Assembly (NCBI GenBank): GCA_965645245.1
Contig: OZ287084.1
Coordinates: 1,302,001-1,366,000 of the forward strand
DNA length: 64,000 nt
Source: Massalongia carnosa
Taxonomy: Eukaryota
Reading direction: 5' to 3'
In this document: piece after piece, positions 1 through 12,066 of the stretch
How positions within the stretch are numbered: position 1 is the first letter of the stretch
Layout: each line of letters opens with the position of its first letter
Notes under the pieces: generated by a model
Database searches by the model: none
Told to the model about the DNA's origin: nothing
Seen by the model: only the letters and a program-made list of their open reading frames with translations
Translations under genes and position numbers: made by a program

Positions 1-563
1 GAATCTTCAAAGACGATCGCTATCGTCGAATGAAATGTTTTCAACGTCTTTTCAGGATTTTGTTTTCCTCGCTTCAAGTTGACATCAACTCCCGTTTCGG
101 TAATGATCTGTCGTCTTCATCACACCCACCCGATGCGTGTACAAGCATAAACAACAAGCCGAAATATTGAAAACATAGTTAACACTGCTTAGGCTGATGG
201 TTCCGTCTTTGAACTCCTCCTTTAAAGTCACACAACGGTCAATCGCGCAGCTGGTAAACGGCGAGGTCGTTGTACAAAGAGGTGCAGTGAACGAAGATGC
301 CATTTCTGACCAAGTTGCGCCATGGAGACCGTCATACTGCCTGCATGGCGCATGAACCAGTCATCCAAGAAATCGATTGCTCAATTTGCACTGGTGATGC
401 CACCGGATATATTTGACAGGATAAACATTCTTGACCAAATTCTGTCGTTTTTCCACGAAGCCTCTCCCTCTTGTGCATAATTTTTCTAAAATAGGACTGG
501 CTATCAAGTCTCAAGCACCTACAGGCTACAATCTCAACGGTGATAAAGCCTCTTCACAACGCC

Positions 564-2397
564 ATGGCTACGGTAAATGGGCCGAGTCATCCTGTCCCAA
601 ACTCAGCGGGTGTCGATCCCTCACAAGTGGCATATCCTCGTTCGGATCTTAAGCTTGAAAATCATCCATTAGACGATATACGTAGCCTGAGAGTTGCAGT
701 GATCGGTGCTGGTATGTCGGGAGTTCTCGCTGGGGTTCTACTCCCGGCCAAAGTACCGAGCATTGATCTGAAGATATATGAGAAAAACTTTGAAGTGGTA
801 TGTATCAAACTCCTAGAACGCAACCAGATAGTTGATTCAGAGAATCTCATTATCAACATTTTCAGGGAGGTACGTGGTTGGAGAATATCTACCCCGGTGT
901 TCGCTGTGACATACCGGCCAATGTCTATCAGTGCTCATTTTCTCCAAATACTCAATGGACTGAAGAATTCGCCCAGGGAGCGGAAATCCGAGAGTATTGG
1001 CAGAACGTTGCTAAGAAATATAATGTCTACCGCCTCCTTAAACTAGGCCAGCAGATAGAGAAGATTGAATGGGATGAAAGCGAGTCGGTATGGCATCTGA
1101 CTGTGCAGGATGTGCGAACGCGGGAAACTTTCCATGACCGAGTCGACTTTGTGCTAACAGCAGTGGGGCGATTCAACGCCTGGAGGTTGCCAGACTATCC
1201 CGGCATTAAAGATTATCAAGGGCTACTTCGGCATGCTTCCAACTGGGATCCAGGATTTGATCCAGCCGGTAAGAACATTGCTATCATAGGGAACGGAGCT
1301 AGTGGAATCCAATTAGTTCCAAATCTGCAAAGGTCGCTAATCGTATTGATCATTATGCCCGCAGCAAAACCTGGATCGCCGCCTCGTGGGCTGGCGACGA
1401 GCGGAAAATTGAGCCCCAGTATTTCTCTGCTGAACAATTGGAGTCTTTCAAGGATCCCTCGACGTACCTAGAGTTCCGAAAGAAGCTTGAGGTAAAGTAC
1501 TGGCGGAGGTTTAGCGCCATGTTTCGAGGATCCAAGGAGAATTCGACGATGCGGCAGGATTTCATCCAAATCATGGTGAAGTGTCTTCAGAAAAAGCCGG
1601 AGCTGCTGGAGCACATGGTGCCTGACTTCTCCCCTTACTGCCGTCGGCTAACGCCAGGCCCAGGTTATCTAGAAGCTTTGTGTGAGGAAAACGTAGAGTA
1701 TATCCGGGACAGCATTGACAAATTCACCACCCATGGAATCCAGACCGCTGATGGTAAGGTCCGCAATGTGGATGCCGTTTTCTGTGCCACGGGTGCCAAC
1801 GTGGATGCTGTGCCTCCGTTCCCGATTGTATCTAGAGGGCTTGATTTAAGAACAGCATGGAAGCCTGACGGGATATTCGGCTTTCCATACACGTACATGG
1901 GTGTCGCCACTCCGGGCTTCCCCAACCTATTATTCATTGGCGGTCCGCACGGATCGGCTCCATCAGGCACAATGCCCCATGGCCTTGAGATCCAGCTGAC
2001 GTATCACGCGGAAGTCCTCCGAAAAGCATCCAGCCAGGGGATCAAATCCATGGTGCCATCCGCCCAGGGCGCCGACGACTTCGTGGCCTACTCGGGCTCC
2101 TTCCCCACCACCGTGGTGACCGAAAACTGCAGCTCGTGGGCCAACGGCGGACGAGCCGGCGCCCGGAGCCATGGCTACTGGCCCGGCAGCGCCGCCCACA
2201 TGACCTGCGTCCGCCGGGAGCCGCGGTGGGAGGATTGGGAGTACGTCTACGCGTCCCCGTCCGGCAACCGCTTCGCCTATTTCGGGAACGGCTGGACGAC
2301 AAAGGAGCTAGATCCGAAGTCGGACTTGACGACGTACTTGAGGTTACCCGAGCAGGTGGACCTGCGGGGCGTACATGAGAGTTGGTTCGATCTGTGA
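564..2397 (+). pseudogene. Baeyer-Villiger/FMO-family flavin monooxygenase with a single 1-nt frameshift near 1330 (pseudogene or sequencing error)
   Basis: Rossmann motif VIGAGMSG, intron 798-865 restoring GGTWLEN, BVMO fingerprint YQGLLRHASNWD, second Rossmann IIGNGASG. The frame breaks at CTGCAAAGGTCGCT; one added base gives VPNLQKVANRIDHYARSKTW, continuing into ORF 1438-2397. Confidence 0.85.
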
Positions 2398-2961
2398 GCC
2401 CCTTTGGGAGTTGGGGGATTGTATACGACGGTAGTAGCTACATATTAGAAAAGCCGTTTTTTTTCTTTCTTTTTCTTTTCAATAGAAAAAACGACATTTA
2501 TTCATTTTTCCCTTGCAATATTTTCCCCCATTGATTGAAACCATCAACCAACATGCAGCCTCAGGTGGTTTTGGCCTTGTTTTCGTTTGTTTTCCTTGCA
2601 AAAGTCCCTTTGCCCCCCACAAAATAACCACACATTCATCTCATCACCACAATATCCACACTCCCCGCCTCTCTCTCCTTCTCCCTTCTTTCCCCCTTTT
2701 CCTGGATCCCCCTCCCCAGGAGGGTCCCTACTTACCTACATACTTTATCTCATCTGGTCTGGTCTGGTCTAGTCTGAGTTGAGCCAACATTCGTCTCGGC
2801 CATCTCGTCTATTTTTCGTTTTCTTCTCTTTTGCCCCAAAGTCCCTCCCTGTTTTCGCTTTCCGTCTATTACAAACATACACACACACACATACACGAGA
2901 GAAAAGAGAAACAGGAAAGGAAGGAAGAAAGATAATGAAAAGCTCTGGTTTTTCGCGTGGC

Positions 2962-2986
2962 GTTGTTGTTGTTGTTGTTGTTGTTG
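2962..2986. repeat. (GTT)n microsatellite
   Basis: About 8 GTT units in low-complexity intergenic DNA. Confidence 0.9.
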
Positions 2987-3260
2987 CCCTCCTACTTATC
3001 CTATCATTGTCTTTTTGGATTTCTATCTGGATGTCTGTTATGTTTGTATGTATGCTTTGTTTTTCAAAATCGTGGTTTGATTGGATTTGATTGGATTCGC
3101 AATGTTTCCTTATCTTGCGTGTCAAGGAAAAGGAACAAATTTTTATATTGAACGCTGTGGATGAAGGGGTTTTGGTAACAAAGTTGTTTGACTATGTACA
3201 GGAATGCACTTGGAACAAGTCTCGAATAATCTGTCCTCAGCACCAAAAAAACATCTCCGC

Positions 3261-4724
3261 CTAACACGAGAACCCGCAATCGCCCTGCCGGGCGCCCGAG
3301 TCGTACGCTCCGAAATCGCAATGATGTTCCTGATCGTTGCTGCCCCAGTGCTGATCGCCGTAGGCGAACAGCACGGCATCGTCGTCGATAGCCCCCGCCG
3401 TAAGGGTGAGCACGTAGGGGAGCCTGCTGGTGACGTCGACGCTCTGGCCGGTCGCAACGTTGGCGCCTTGGAGTTCGCCAATGGTGAGGTCCTTGGCGTC
3501 TTTGATGGTTACGTCGAACGAGTAGTTGTCGGTGGCGGGGTTGGGTTTCTGATGCTGCACCACGTGCATGCCGCACCAGCCGGGCGTGAACTGACCCCAG
3601 CGCGGGGGGTTGCTCTGGTACGCGTTCAGATGTATGTCCTTGATCGCGTTGTGCCCGTCGATGCGGGGGTGGAAGACTTTGGCCAGGCTGTCAACTACCC
3701 AGTGGGAGCCCTGGGATGCCACCACCAGGGATGGATCGGCGGCTTTCTGCTGGTCGATCCAGCCCGCATACAGGGCTTCGATGCTTCCCGGCGGGAAATC
3801 GGTTTCCGTCGTCGTGATGGCTTCCGTGGTGTCCCATTCAAAGAGCCATGTATCGGCGCGATTGGGATCGGGCTCATTCACCCCATCCTCGCAATAGCGG
3901 TGGCCGTTGAAGGCGGCCGAGTAGTCCACGAAGACAACAGGCTGTCTCGGGTCACCTGGGTTGGCTCGATCAACGGCATCGCTAATGGCCTGGTTGAGAT
4001 TGCTCGTCAGAGTGTTCAGGGAGCTCCGGAGTTCTTGGGTGAGATTCGGTGGATTTTGGCGCTTCCAATAGCTCCAGGTCACACCGTTGCACTGGGTGGT
4101 ATCCACGTTCCAGAAGTGCGCATACCCAGACATGTACAACCGGAACTGAGATGCTTGAGCGTTTCCCAAGATTCTGGAAATGACGCTGTCGAGATTGGAA
4201 TGAAACTCGTCACTATCAATTTTCCCTTGAGTGATTTGGATTTGCTCTTCACAGGTGGCTGTGATGTAAAACTGAAATATACAATTGTTGATGATGTCAA
4301 AAAAACCTATGTCATTGCCTCCGACGCTTAAGGTGGCTATATCGATGTCTCTGGTAAAAGAACCCGCCTGATTGTCCCGTACAGCTGTTGTCACTGCGCC
4401 CGAACAAGCTAGGTCGAAGAATTCCCGTGTATCTGGGCCAGCCCCGTCTAGAACGACATTCATGACATTCGGATATGCTTCAGTATAACGAGAGCAAGTT
4501 TGATCGCCGCTGTCGCCCTTGCGGGACCCGGCGCCGATTCCAGAGGCGTACGAGTCCCCCATGGCAGCCCATTTCTTGACGACATGACCATCCCGGGCCT
4601 GGAGGTTGGAGGTGTGAGCTCTCGAGCTCCGCGAAAGCGCGTTGGGGAGGGCACAAGCAAGGTGAAGAGTAGAAAGAGCTAGCGTTATGGCCGAGAGCCG
4701 CAGACCGAGAAAAGTAGGACTCAT
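3261..4724 (-). CDS. Secreted SGNH/GDSL hydrolase (SsEst-like) with an extra Cys-containing C-terminal domain
   Basis: Signal peptide; block I GDSY, block II ACSGA, block III GGND, block V FHP; intronless 487-aa ORF. Confidence 0.88.
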   Translation of the reverse strand: MSPTFLGLRLSAITLALSTLHLACALPNALSRSSRAHTSNLQARDGHVVKKWAAMGDSYASGIGAGSRKGDSGDQTCSRYTEAYPNVMNVVLDGAGPDTREFFDLACSGAVTTAVRDNQAGSFTRDIDIATLSVGGNDIGFFDIINNCIFQFYITATCEEQIQITQGKIDSDEFHSNLDSVISRILGNAQASQFRLYMSGYAHFWNVDTTQCNGVTWSYWKRQNPPNLTQELRSSLNTLTSNLNQAISDAVDRANPGDPRQPVVFVDYSAAFNGHRYCEDGVNEPDPNRADTWLFEWDTTEAITTTETDFPPGSIEALYAGWIDQQKAADPSLVVASQGSHWVVDSLAKVFHPRIDGHNAIKDIHLNAYQSNPPRWGQFTPGWCGMHVVQHQKPNPATDNYSFDVTIKDAKDLTIGELQGANVATGQSVDVTSRLPYVLTLTAGAIDDDAVLFAYGDQHWGSNDQEHHCDFGAYDSGARQGDCGFSC

Positions 4725-5847
4725 ACTCAGGACGATTAGTAACGAAACTTGGTTGGCGTTGTCGAGACGTGAACTCCAACCAATGACTGGCTGTCTGCGT
4801 TTGAATATACTGTCTTGGCTGAGATGACCCCCTTAGATTCTGGAGATAACAACAGCTTCGAGACGGTAGATTGGCTGTTACCGAATGAGCAGTCAAGTCA
4901 GGATCGTGAAGAGCCCTGATTAGGTGAGGGGATACTCTCTTTATATGGAAAGCCATGGCATTACTGGAATTCTATAAACACAGCCTCTGCCAATGAGCGA
5001 GTTCGAATCAAAAAAAGTTGTTGGCTAAAAGACTACGGAATAGACTTGTTCGACGGCACTCCAGCCGCCCAAGCCCGGTTGTTCTCCGAACAGATTCGAG
5101 CCAAAAATTTACACCCGGGTAGGTTCCATTGAGTAAGAAGATTGAAATGAGAACCAACAACGCTCTTGCGGTCGTGGTACAGGTTCTAAAAATGAAAAAA
5201 AGTCTTTGGAAGAGGACAGGGGGCTGAGGAGTTGGTGAGGGGATAGTGCATGATGGATAGAAAGCATCAGTTCGATGGTGCACCACAGGATGAATTCCGC
5301 AATACATATGATGTTGGAAGAGCGTCAATGGGCTGCCAAGGTGAGAATGAATATTCAGCCGCAGCTGTTGGAGGGCGCAGTTTTTCCAACATCTTTGACG
5401 GCAAGATGGAGTGTCTGCGTTGGACGATTTGGCGGGATACTAACTAATTTCGCAAACCCTGGACTGAAGAATGATGGCATACTAAAGAAAGCGGAAAAGT
5501 GAGGAGGCCGATAAAGATGAAGATGAAGAAAAGGCGATGAAAATTGGTAGTTTACGTGTTTCCTATTCGAGTTAGCGGCCAGATGTTGGAAAGTTTACTA
5601 ACTACGAGTATTTAGTTTACTTCGTGCAGAGGATTCAATTTACAGTATCTTCGTTGACAGGCATCAACATGGCTCAGGAAGAAACACTCAGGCTGTAGAA
5701 GAGAATGATATCCCTTTTCCCTCTTCCTCCATTTCCCTCCATAACTCTTGCACTCAAGGAAAAAGTCACCGATACGCCCCCAATCCCCTCCTTGATCCTC
5801 AGCCCTCCCTCCTTCTCCATCATTCCACTTCTCTCATTCTACAAACA

Positions 5848-6623
5848 ATGAAGCCCATTCCCCTCCTCGCCCTGTTCCTGGCCTCTGCCCTCATCACCCG
5901 GTCCACCCCGATCCAACAACAGCCACTGATCCCTGACCCTCCACTCGCTGAGAGCAAGCCCGGCAAACTCTCCATTCCAGGCGACTCGCCGATTACCCAC
6001 TGCGACGATCCCGCCACCGACCTCTTCGCCATCGACCGTATCGATCTCCTCCCTAACCCCCCTCAACGGTAACTCCCCTCCCTGTTTTGTTTTGTTTTGT
6101 TTGTTTTATTTTATAAAAAAAAAATGTGCCCCGTCAATCAGCCATTCGGTCAATACCCTCAGCTCCCCCAGTCGCTAATCAAGACCCCCAATTGAACGGA
6201 CGCAACAGCGGCCAATCCGTCGTGCTCGAAATCACCGGCGCCTTCCGCCAGGACGTCGGCGATGACCCGCAGTTCATGCTAAACGCTACTTATGGCTCCG
6301 TGCGGTCCATTGACACGGTGGAGAAGCTATGCGATCATGTCGACATCGTGCAAGATCAGGCGTTGAGCTGTCCGCCCCGCAAGGGGAAAGCCGTCATCAC
6401 GAGCACGTTTTTCATCCATGAGTTGATGATACCTCCGGTAAGGGGTTCTATCTTCCTAATTGTTTCCCTTCTGTTTTCTTTTTTTCCGCGTTCTAGGGTT
6501 TTAGCATGCATGGCTGACGAGTGAATACTTACATGATAGGGGAATTACACGCTACGAGCGGATGTTTCTACCAAGGGGGACGAGAGGCTATTGTGCATCT
6601 TCGCGGCTGTGAGGTTGACATGA
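5848..6623 (+). CDS. ML (MD-2-related lipid recognition)/NPC2-like PG/PI transfer protein; exons 5848-6068, 6209-6437, 6540-6623
   Basis: Signal peptide; IPGDSPITHC, IDLLPNPPQRG, LCD, CPPRKG, IPPGNYTLRADV and LLCI motifs join in frame across GT-AG introns. Confidence 0.85.
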
Positions 6624-7125
6624 TGTTCTGAGCACGCGGGTATGCATAGATACTTAGATGTCAGTAGATGTATAAAGATGTAACATCTACTTATATATGT
6701 CATCCTCCCACCCCTCCTGCAAAACCAAAAAGCCCTTCAAAATGAGTCAGCCACCCACCCCTCTTCACCTTGAAAAAATAAATAAATCATAACTCCACGT
6801 CTCGCTTGGAAGCATCTCAAGTCAGGTCCATTCAGGTCTTTCATTTCTCATCCCCTTCCTTCTCAAAGGTTACCCAATCCAACTAAGCGCCTAACCGGCT
6901 AACGCATTTCAACTCCTTCAACCCCTCAAAGCCTTGTGACCCTTGCACCCACCATCATCCCATTCAACTCCCCTGCCATGGCTCAAAATGCAAAGATACG
7001 AGAAATCAATATCGCAGTATTTGAAAAATGCAACCGCTACTGCAACCGCTACCGCTAACGCAGATGCAAACTCGAAATCGTAGGTTCCCAAAGAAATGGA
7101 TAAAATATCGAAAATCGTTCAATGT

Positions 7126-8247
7126 TTAAATGTCCATACTCCACCTCTCCCGCCCGTCTCGCTCGAGAGGATCGACGTGCCTGGATGAAGGATTGGGGCT
7201 ATAGGGTGAGGGGAGAGACGACGAGCTATGCCGTGGAAGTAGGGCGGGGCGGGGCACTGCGAGGTTGCTGGACGACGAAGCAGTGGTCGGAAGGTGCGGA
7301 CGAGAGGGATGGTAAGGATCGTGGGCTTCGCGCAGGGATTTTGGGGTCGGGGGTTCAGCCGAGGTTTGGGAGATTGACGGATCTCTGTCGTGCTGATGGC
7401 CGATGCGCAAATGATTCGACCGGGCACTCTCACGCGATGGGAGCCGTAACATTGACGTCGACGCCGACGCCGACTCTGGCGGGACCTCCCCCCGCTTGAC
7501 CTTCTCCTCCATCAGGCGCTCACCCACCTTGCGGCCCAGGCTTATATCGTCTCGTTTCCGGCTGGAATCGCTTTTGTGGCTGACCCCGCTCCCGCTGCGG
7601 CTCCGGCTCGCCTTTTCCTTACCTTCCATGATCCGCGCGCTGGGCGGGGGTTGCAGCATCCATTTCGTCTCGCTGGGGTGCGTGGGCTGCGTGCTCACGA
7701 CGGGCGGGTGCAAGTCGTTGACGGCTGGGTTGCGCGCCACGTAATAGGAGCCTGCGCCGCTGCCCGCAGTGCCGGACCTACTGGTGCCCGCCCTTCTGTT
7801 GTCGCCACCCTCCAGGCCCCAGAGGATCTCATCCTCGCGCTGGTATCGCCGGCGGTTCCAGCCTTCGCCGCTCCGGCGCTCCGGCTCGGATCCTTGTTCT
7901 TGGCTCTCATCTTCCACCACCGTGTCGGCGCTACTGGTGCCGGTCAAGGAGCTACTTCCCACCCCTCCCGATCTCAACCCGCGGCTGCTCTCTGCCTTAC
8001 CTTTATCTCGGTTGCTTTTTTTCTGCGGCGGGCCGGGACCTAGCACCATTTCCTCCCGCCAGTAGATATTGGTGCTGAAGGGGGAAGGATGGCGATAGAT
8101 GCCTTCCTCCATTTCCGTCTCCGTCTTCTCGGATTTCGCGCGCTGAGCGCCTTTGCGGCGACGACGTTGATAGGCGATTTTGGCGCAGGGGGCGCAGGAG
8201 ACGTAGTAGAAGACTGCGGATTGGAAGCCACGCCAGAACCAGGACAT
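7126..8247 (-). CDS. Fungal hypothetical protein (MSWFWRGFQSAVFYYVSCAPC N-terminus)
   Basis: Long GC-rich ORF; likely start at ATG 8247; conserved-looking blocks HPSPFSTNIYWREE, WNRRRYQREDE and ARNPAVNDLHPPVVS. Confidence 0.75.
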   Translation of the reverse strand: MSWFWRGFQSAVFYYVSCAPCAKIAYQRRRRKGAQRAKSEKTETEMEEGIYRHPSPFSTNIYWREEMVLGPGPPQKKSNRDKGKAESSRGLRSGGVGSSSLTGTSSADTVVEDESQEQGSEPERRSGEGWNRRRYQREDEILWGLEGGDNRRAGTSRSGTAGSGAGSYYVARNPAVNDLHPPVVSTQPTHPSETKWMLQPPPSARIMEGKEKASRSRSGSGVSHKSDSSRKRDDISLGRKVGERLMEEKVKRGEVPPESASASTSMLRLPSRESARSNHLRIGHQHDRDPSISQTSAEPPTPKSLREAHDPYHPSRPHLPTTASSSSNLAVPRPALLPRHSSSSLPSPYSPNPSSRHVDPLERDGRERWSMDI

Positions 8248-9246
8248 ACCGCGCTGCTTTGGTGGGTAAGCAAGGGATTGATGACGAGAAAGAAGCCTCG
8301 GAGCTGGGTCTATGGCATTACGAGTTCCGCTAGAGAATATGCAAGCTGGTCGATGTGGGCGAGCATACCATATAAGCGACGAGCGTAGAATGAAAGCAGG
8401 GAATGGTTTCAGCGGCAGTGACGCATGATTTTCCACCGCCCAGGAAGGCTGTTCGTTGTAGGGTTTGGGGCTGGAACTCGAGTCCCTGACGTGGCAGCGT
8501 CACTATGGGGTTAGTCCGGAGCCACACCGAGGCGCGGGCCGGAAATGATAGATCAGGGACGTTGGAGAAAGTCAATTGCAGTGTAATGTTCATTAGGGGA
8601 TTTGGGGAGAAAAGGATGATGGGGGATACTCTGTAGATCGTTCGAGAAGAAACGACGTTGAAGAGACACAGGATTGGCAGACTGTGAGAGAGGATGAGGA
8701 CAAATAGGTACTTGATGGATCGTGAATTAGGATGATAAGGCTACAGAACAAGGTCTGTCCGAGTACGGAGTACGAATAGTTAGTTACAGAGTACGGAGTA
8801 CTAGTATGTACAATCCCAAAGCCCTAAAAGCAGGGGTGCATCGGAGCCACTTCCTCGGGATCTTTACCGAAGTCCCCGCTTTTCCAATCGCATAAGGAGT
8901 ACGACCTTGTACTCCGTACCTTGTACTCAATTCGTGTATGAGCTTAGGTAGTCCTTCCTTGTACACCGTACAGCGTATTATGTACCAACTCTAACCTCTC
9001 GTTCTACGCCTAGAATTAAAGGACATCTCGCTGTGATATTTTCCAGCATGAAGGGAACGATGGCGGTGGAAGTGTTAATCCACACTGGAACACAAACGTC
9101 CTTGATATTAGGCAGAGGGTAGCATCACCAATTCAATCTAACAAAGGGAACTCATCCACTTTCTCAGGTGCATCGCTAACTGCTGTTGAATCACCTGTAG
9201 ACATATTTCGAATCCACTTCGCTTCAATCATTCTGGAATCTCAGTG

Positions 9247-11094
9247 ATGGTTCGAGAAAAAGATGCCGATATTCGTCAAGACTATCTCCAATTGTCTGTG
9301 CAGAGCACGGCGCCTGGCCTCGACCTATGCGAGCAAGCCCATCTCAATCACATACCGTGGTCTGCTTTCTCTGGTCGTGATGATGGCTTCTTCATCAGAC
9401 TAATGAGCATAGGAAGCCCAATTGATCAGGAGGAGCTCTTCCGCTATTCCAACGGTCACTTTTTGATTGACGAAGAAACCTAGCTCGCTCGGCGTTATGC
9501 TAGATTTAACATACAAGCATTGTGCGAGCTGGTCACCTCAGTCGCAAGCAACAATACTTCACCAGTCTGTACGATTGACAAAATGGAAGGCGGCTTCAAC
9601 AAGGCGATGCTGTTGACCTTGGAAAATGGGACGGAAGTCGTAGCCAAAATCCCATGTGCCAACGCCGGACCAGCAATCTACTCAACCGCCTCAGAAGCGG
9701 TCGTTTTACATTATGGTAAGTCTCTTGACCTCTGCTGCATATGTCCGTTTAATCATTCTAGTGAGATCGCACACGACAGTACCGGTTCCCAAAGTTCTGG
9801 CTTGGAACTCGAACGCCGCGAATCCTATCGGCGCGGAATATATCATCATGGCGAAGGTAGTAGGAATACAGCTATTTAAGGTTTGGGAGGATATAAACCA
9901 GTTGAATCGCCTCAACCTCATCGAGAATCTCACACGATTAGAGCATCAGATGAGCGCGATACATTTCCCAGTTTATGGAGATCTTTGTTTCCGTCATACC
10001 ATCCCGGAAGACTCGTGTGTTCTTCTTAATGCTAATATCGACCCCACTAGCTCTTCTTGTATTTCTCGGGCGTCGGATAGATCTTGGTACGGCAATTCAA
10101 ACTCTGTCCTTGCACATTCCGAAGATATTGGTCCTTGTAAGTCCCTCAGACATATTGAACGAAGGATTGTAACTCAACGCTAAACCATCCTTCGTATAAG
10201 GGACTACCTTACAGGAACTTGGCCAAGCTCTTGCCACCCGGAGCGTATGGCAACTTTCTCATTCAAAGACCCCAAGCCGCCAGTTGCCATTGACACTTTC
10301 TGGAAGTCAAGCACAGCACGAAGTAATTCTCAAAGCTACTAGGGAACTAATGCCCGTTATGCAAAACGTGCCCTATACTTCAGCGCAATTCCCAGCCTGT
10401 GCTGTGGCATAAAGATTTGCAAATGGGAAACATCTTTGTTTCAGAAAAAGATCCTATGGAGATTGTCGGTTTGCTAGACTGGCAGCCAAGAACAATTTTA
10501 CCCTTATTCTTGCAAGTCCGTTTTCCAATATTCTTAGAGCCTCCGGAAAACTTTAGCCGAGGGCTACATCTACCAAAAGTGCCCGACGACTTCAATAAAT
10601 TGGATTCCGAGGATAAGAATATCGCTTTAGCTGAGAAAGAACAAGCTATGCGAGCCAAAGCCTACGAACTGAGCACGTTTCGCCAAGATAGAGAGGCTTT
10701 TGAAGCGCTGCAAGTTCCAGACGTTCTACGGCAGCTATATCATCGGTGTGGAAGCACGCACGATGATGGCATCATCCCCCTTCGCGAGTGTTTGATTGAG
10801 ATCTCAAATACGTGCGAGAGACTTGGTATACCAGCTCCTCTGCCATATAGTTTTACAGATGAAGAACTTTCAATCCATGAAGAAGAATTTGATGAGTACC
10901 GTAAGTGGCACGATGTGCAAGTGCTCGTGCAGAGAGCTCTGGAGACCGATGCCGAAGGCTGGATATCTCCAGAAGTAGACTGGGACAAAACGAGGACGCA
11001 AAACCGGACACTTCTGGATTTGTTCGTTAAGAAGATGGCATTGGATAAAGCCCCTGAAGAGGCGAAGCGAATGTGGCCGTTTCCTGAAGAGTAA
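9247..11094 (+). pseudogene. APH/choline-kinase-like phosphotransferase (AIM9-like), disrupted
   Basis: EGGFNKA, VVAKIP, VPVPKVLAW, GAEYIIM, LWHKDLQMGNIFV and LLDWQ motifs. In-frame TAG at 9481 and a frameshift near 10365-10372. The start is uncertain. Confidence 0.85.
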
Positions 11095-11241
11095 GCACTG
11101 ATACCACCTTTTTGACGATCTTGAAACCCAGTCCTTTTCAATAGCACGTCTAGGTTCTCCCAAGTACCAACGCAGAGAGATCCAACCATAAATCCTCCTA
11201 TAATCTTTATTCTTCTTCACCGCATAACTCGCTTACACACA

Positions 11242-11605
11242 ATGTCCAAAATCTTGAAGAAGTTTGGCAAGTTTATCAACCAACCCAAAACCATTGAGAA
11301 ATTGTTCAAAACTCATACCCCCGGCCGACGTATTTGTACCTCCCCAGACTCAAAAAGCATGGAGGACCACGAGCTGCGGATTGACGCCGGGGAACTCAAG
11401 GAGGGACTGCAATGGGTCAACCTGCAGATCAATTCGCAAGCATCGAATAAAGTGTTGAAGAAGTATCGGTCAAAGCACGGAACTGACGCGAAATAGGCAA
11501 CCGCATCGTTCGATCACAGCGCAACGGAATGAAGAGAAGGCAAAGGTTGTGACGGACCTGTGGGAGGAAGTGGCCGTTCAGGCTAAAGACAACCTGAAGC
11601 GATGA
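11242..11605 (+). pseudogene. Small basic hypothetical protein, apparently disrupted
   Basis: ORF MSKILKKFGK... stops at TAG 11494. Protein-like sequence continues (ATASFDHSA), then after a frameshift EEKAKVVTDLWEEVAVQAKDNLKR*. Confidence 0.5.
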
Positions 11606-12066
11606 CGGGGAACGAAGCAATGGCATGGGCCGTTAGGGTTGGTGCTCTTTCTTATGCGATCTCTAGAGAGCTAACGAATCGAAAGACAGCTAAGATTCTT
11701 GAAGGGCTCAGAAAAGAAGAGGATTGAACGAGGAAGGGAATCGAGCCAGAGGGATTCATCATTCTTCTTGAACGGGTTTTGAGACCGAAAGCGGCCTAGC
11801 GTCACATTGAGTCATGGTGCCTTTATCAATCCATAGTAAATTAGTAATAAAGCGGTAACGTTCGTCCAGAAGCATTCATCTTTGTGCGAATAATCAGTTA
11901 CGGCGCCCTGAAAAAGAGAACTTATGAGTAAAGAAAGGATGAAGAAAACGAGTAGAAAACCCTCTGATCATATATTTAATCCTTGTTTATGGACACTCTT
12001 TGAGCGACACACCTCACAGCTATCGGTAACGTCCTCACATCATTGCTATCACCATGCCCGCAGCTC

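Noticed and set aside
3204..4331. 375-aa + strand ORF
   Set aside because: Antisense shadow of the GC-rich SGNH gene; no motifs of its own.
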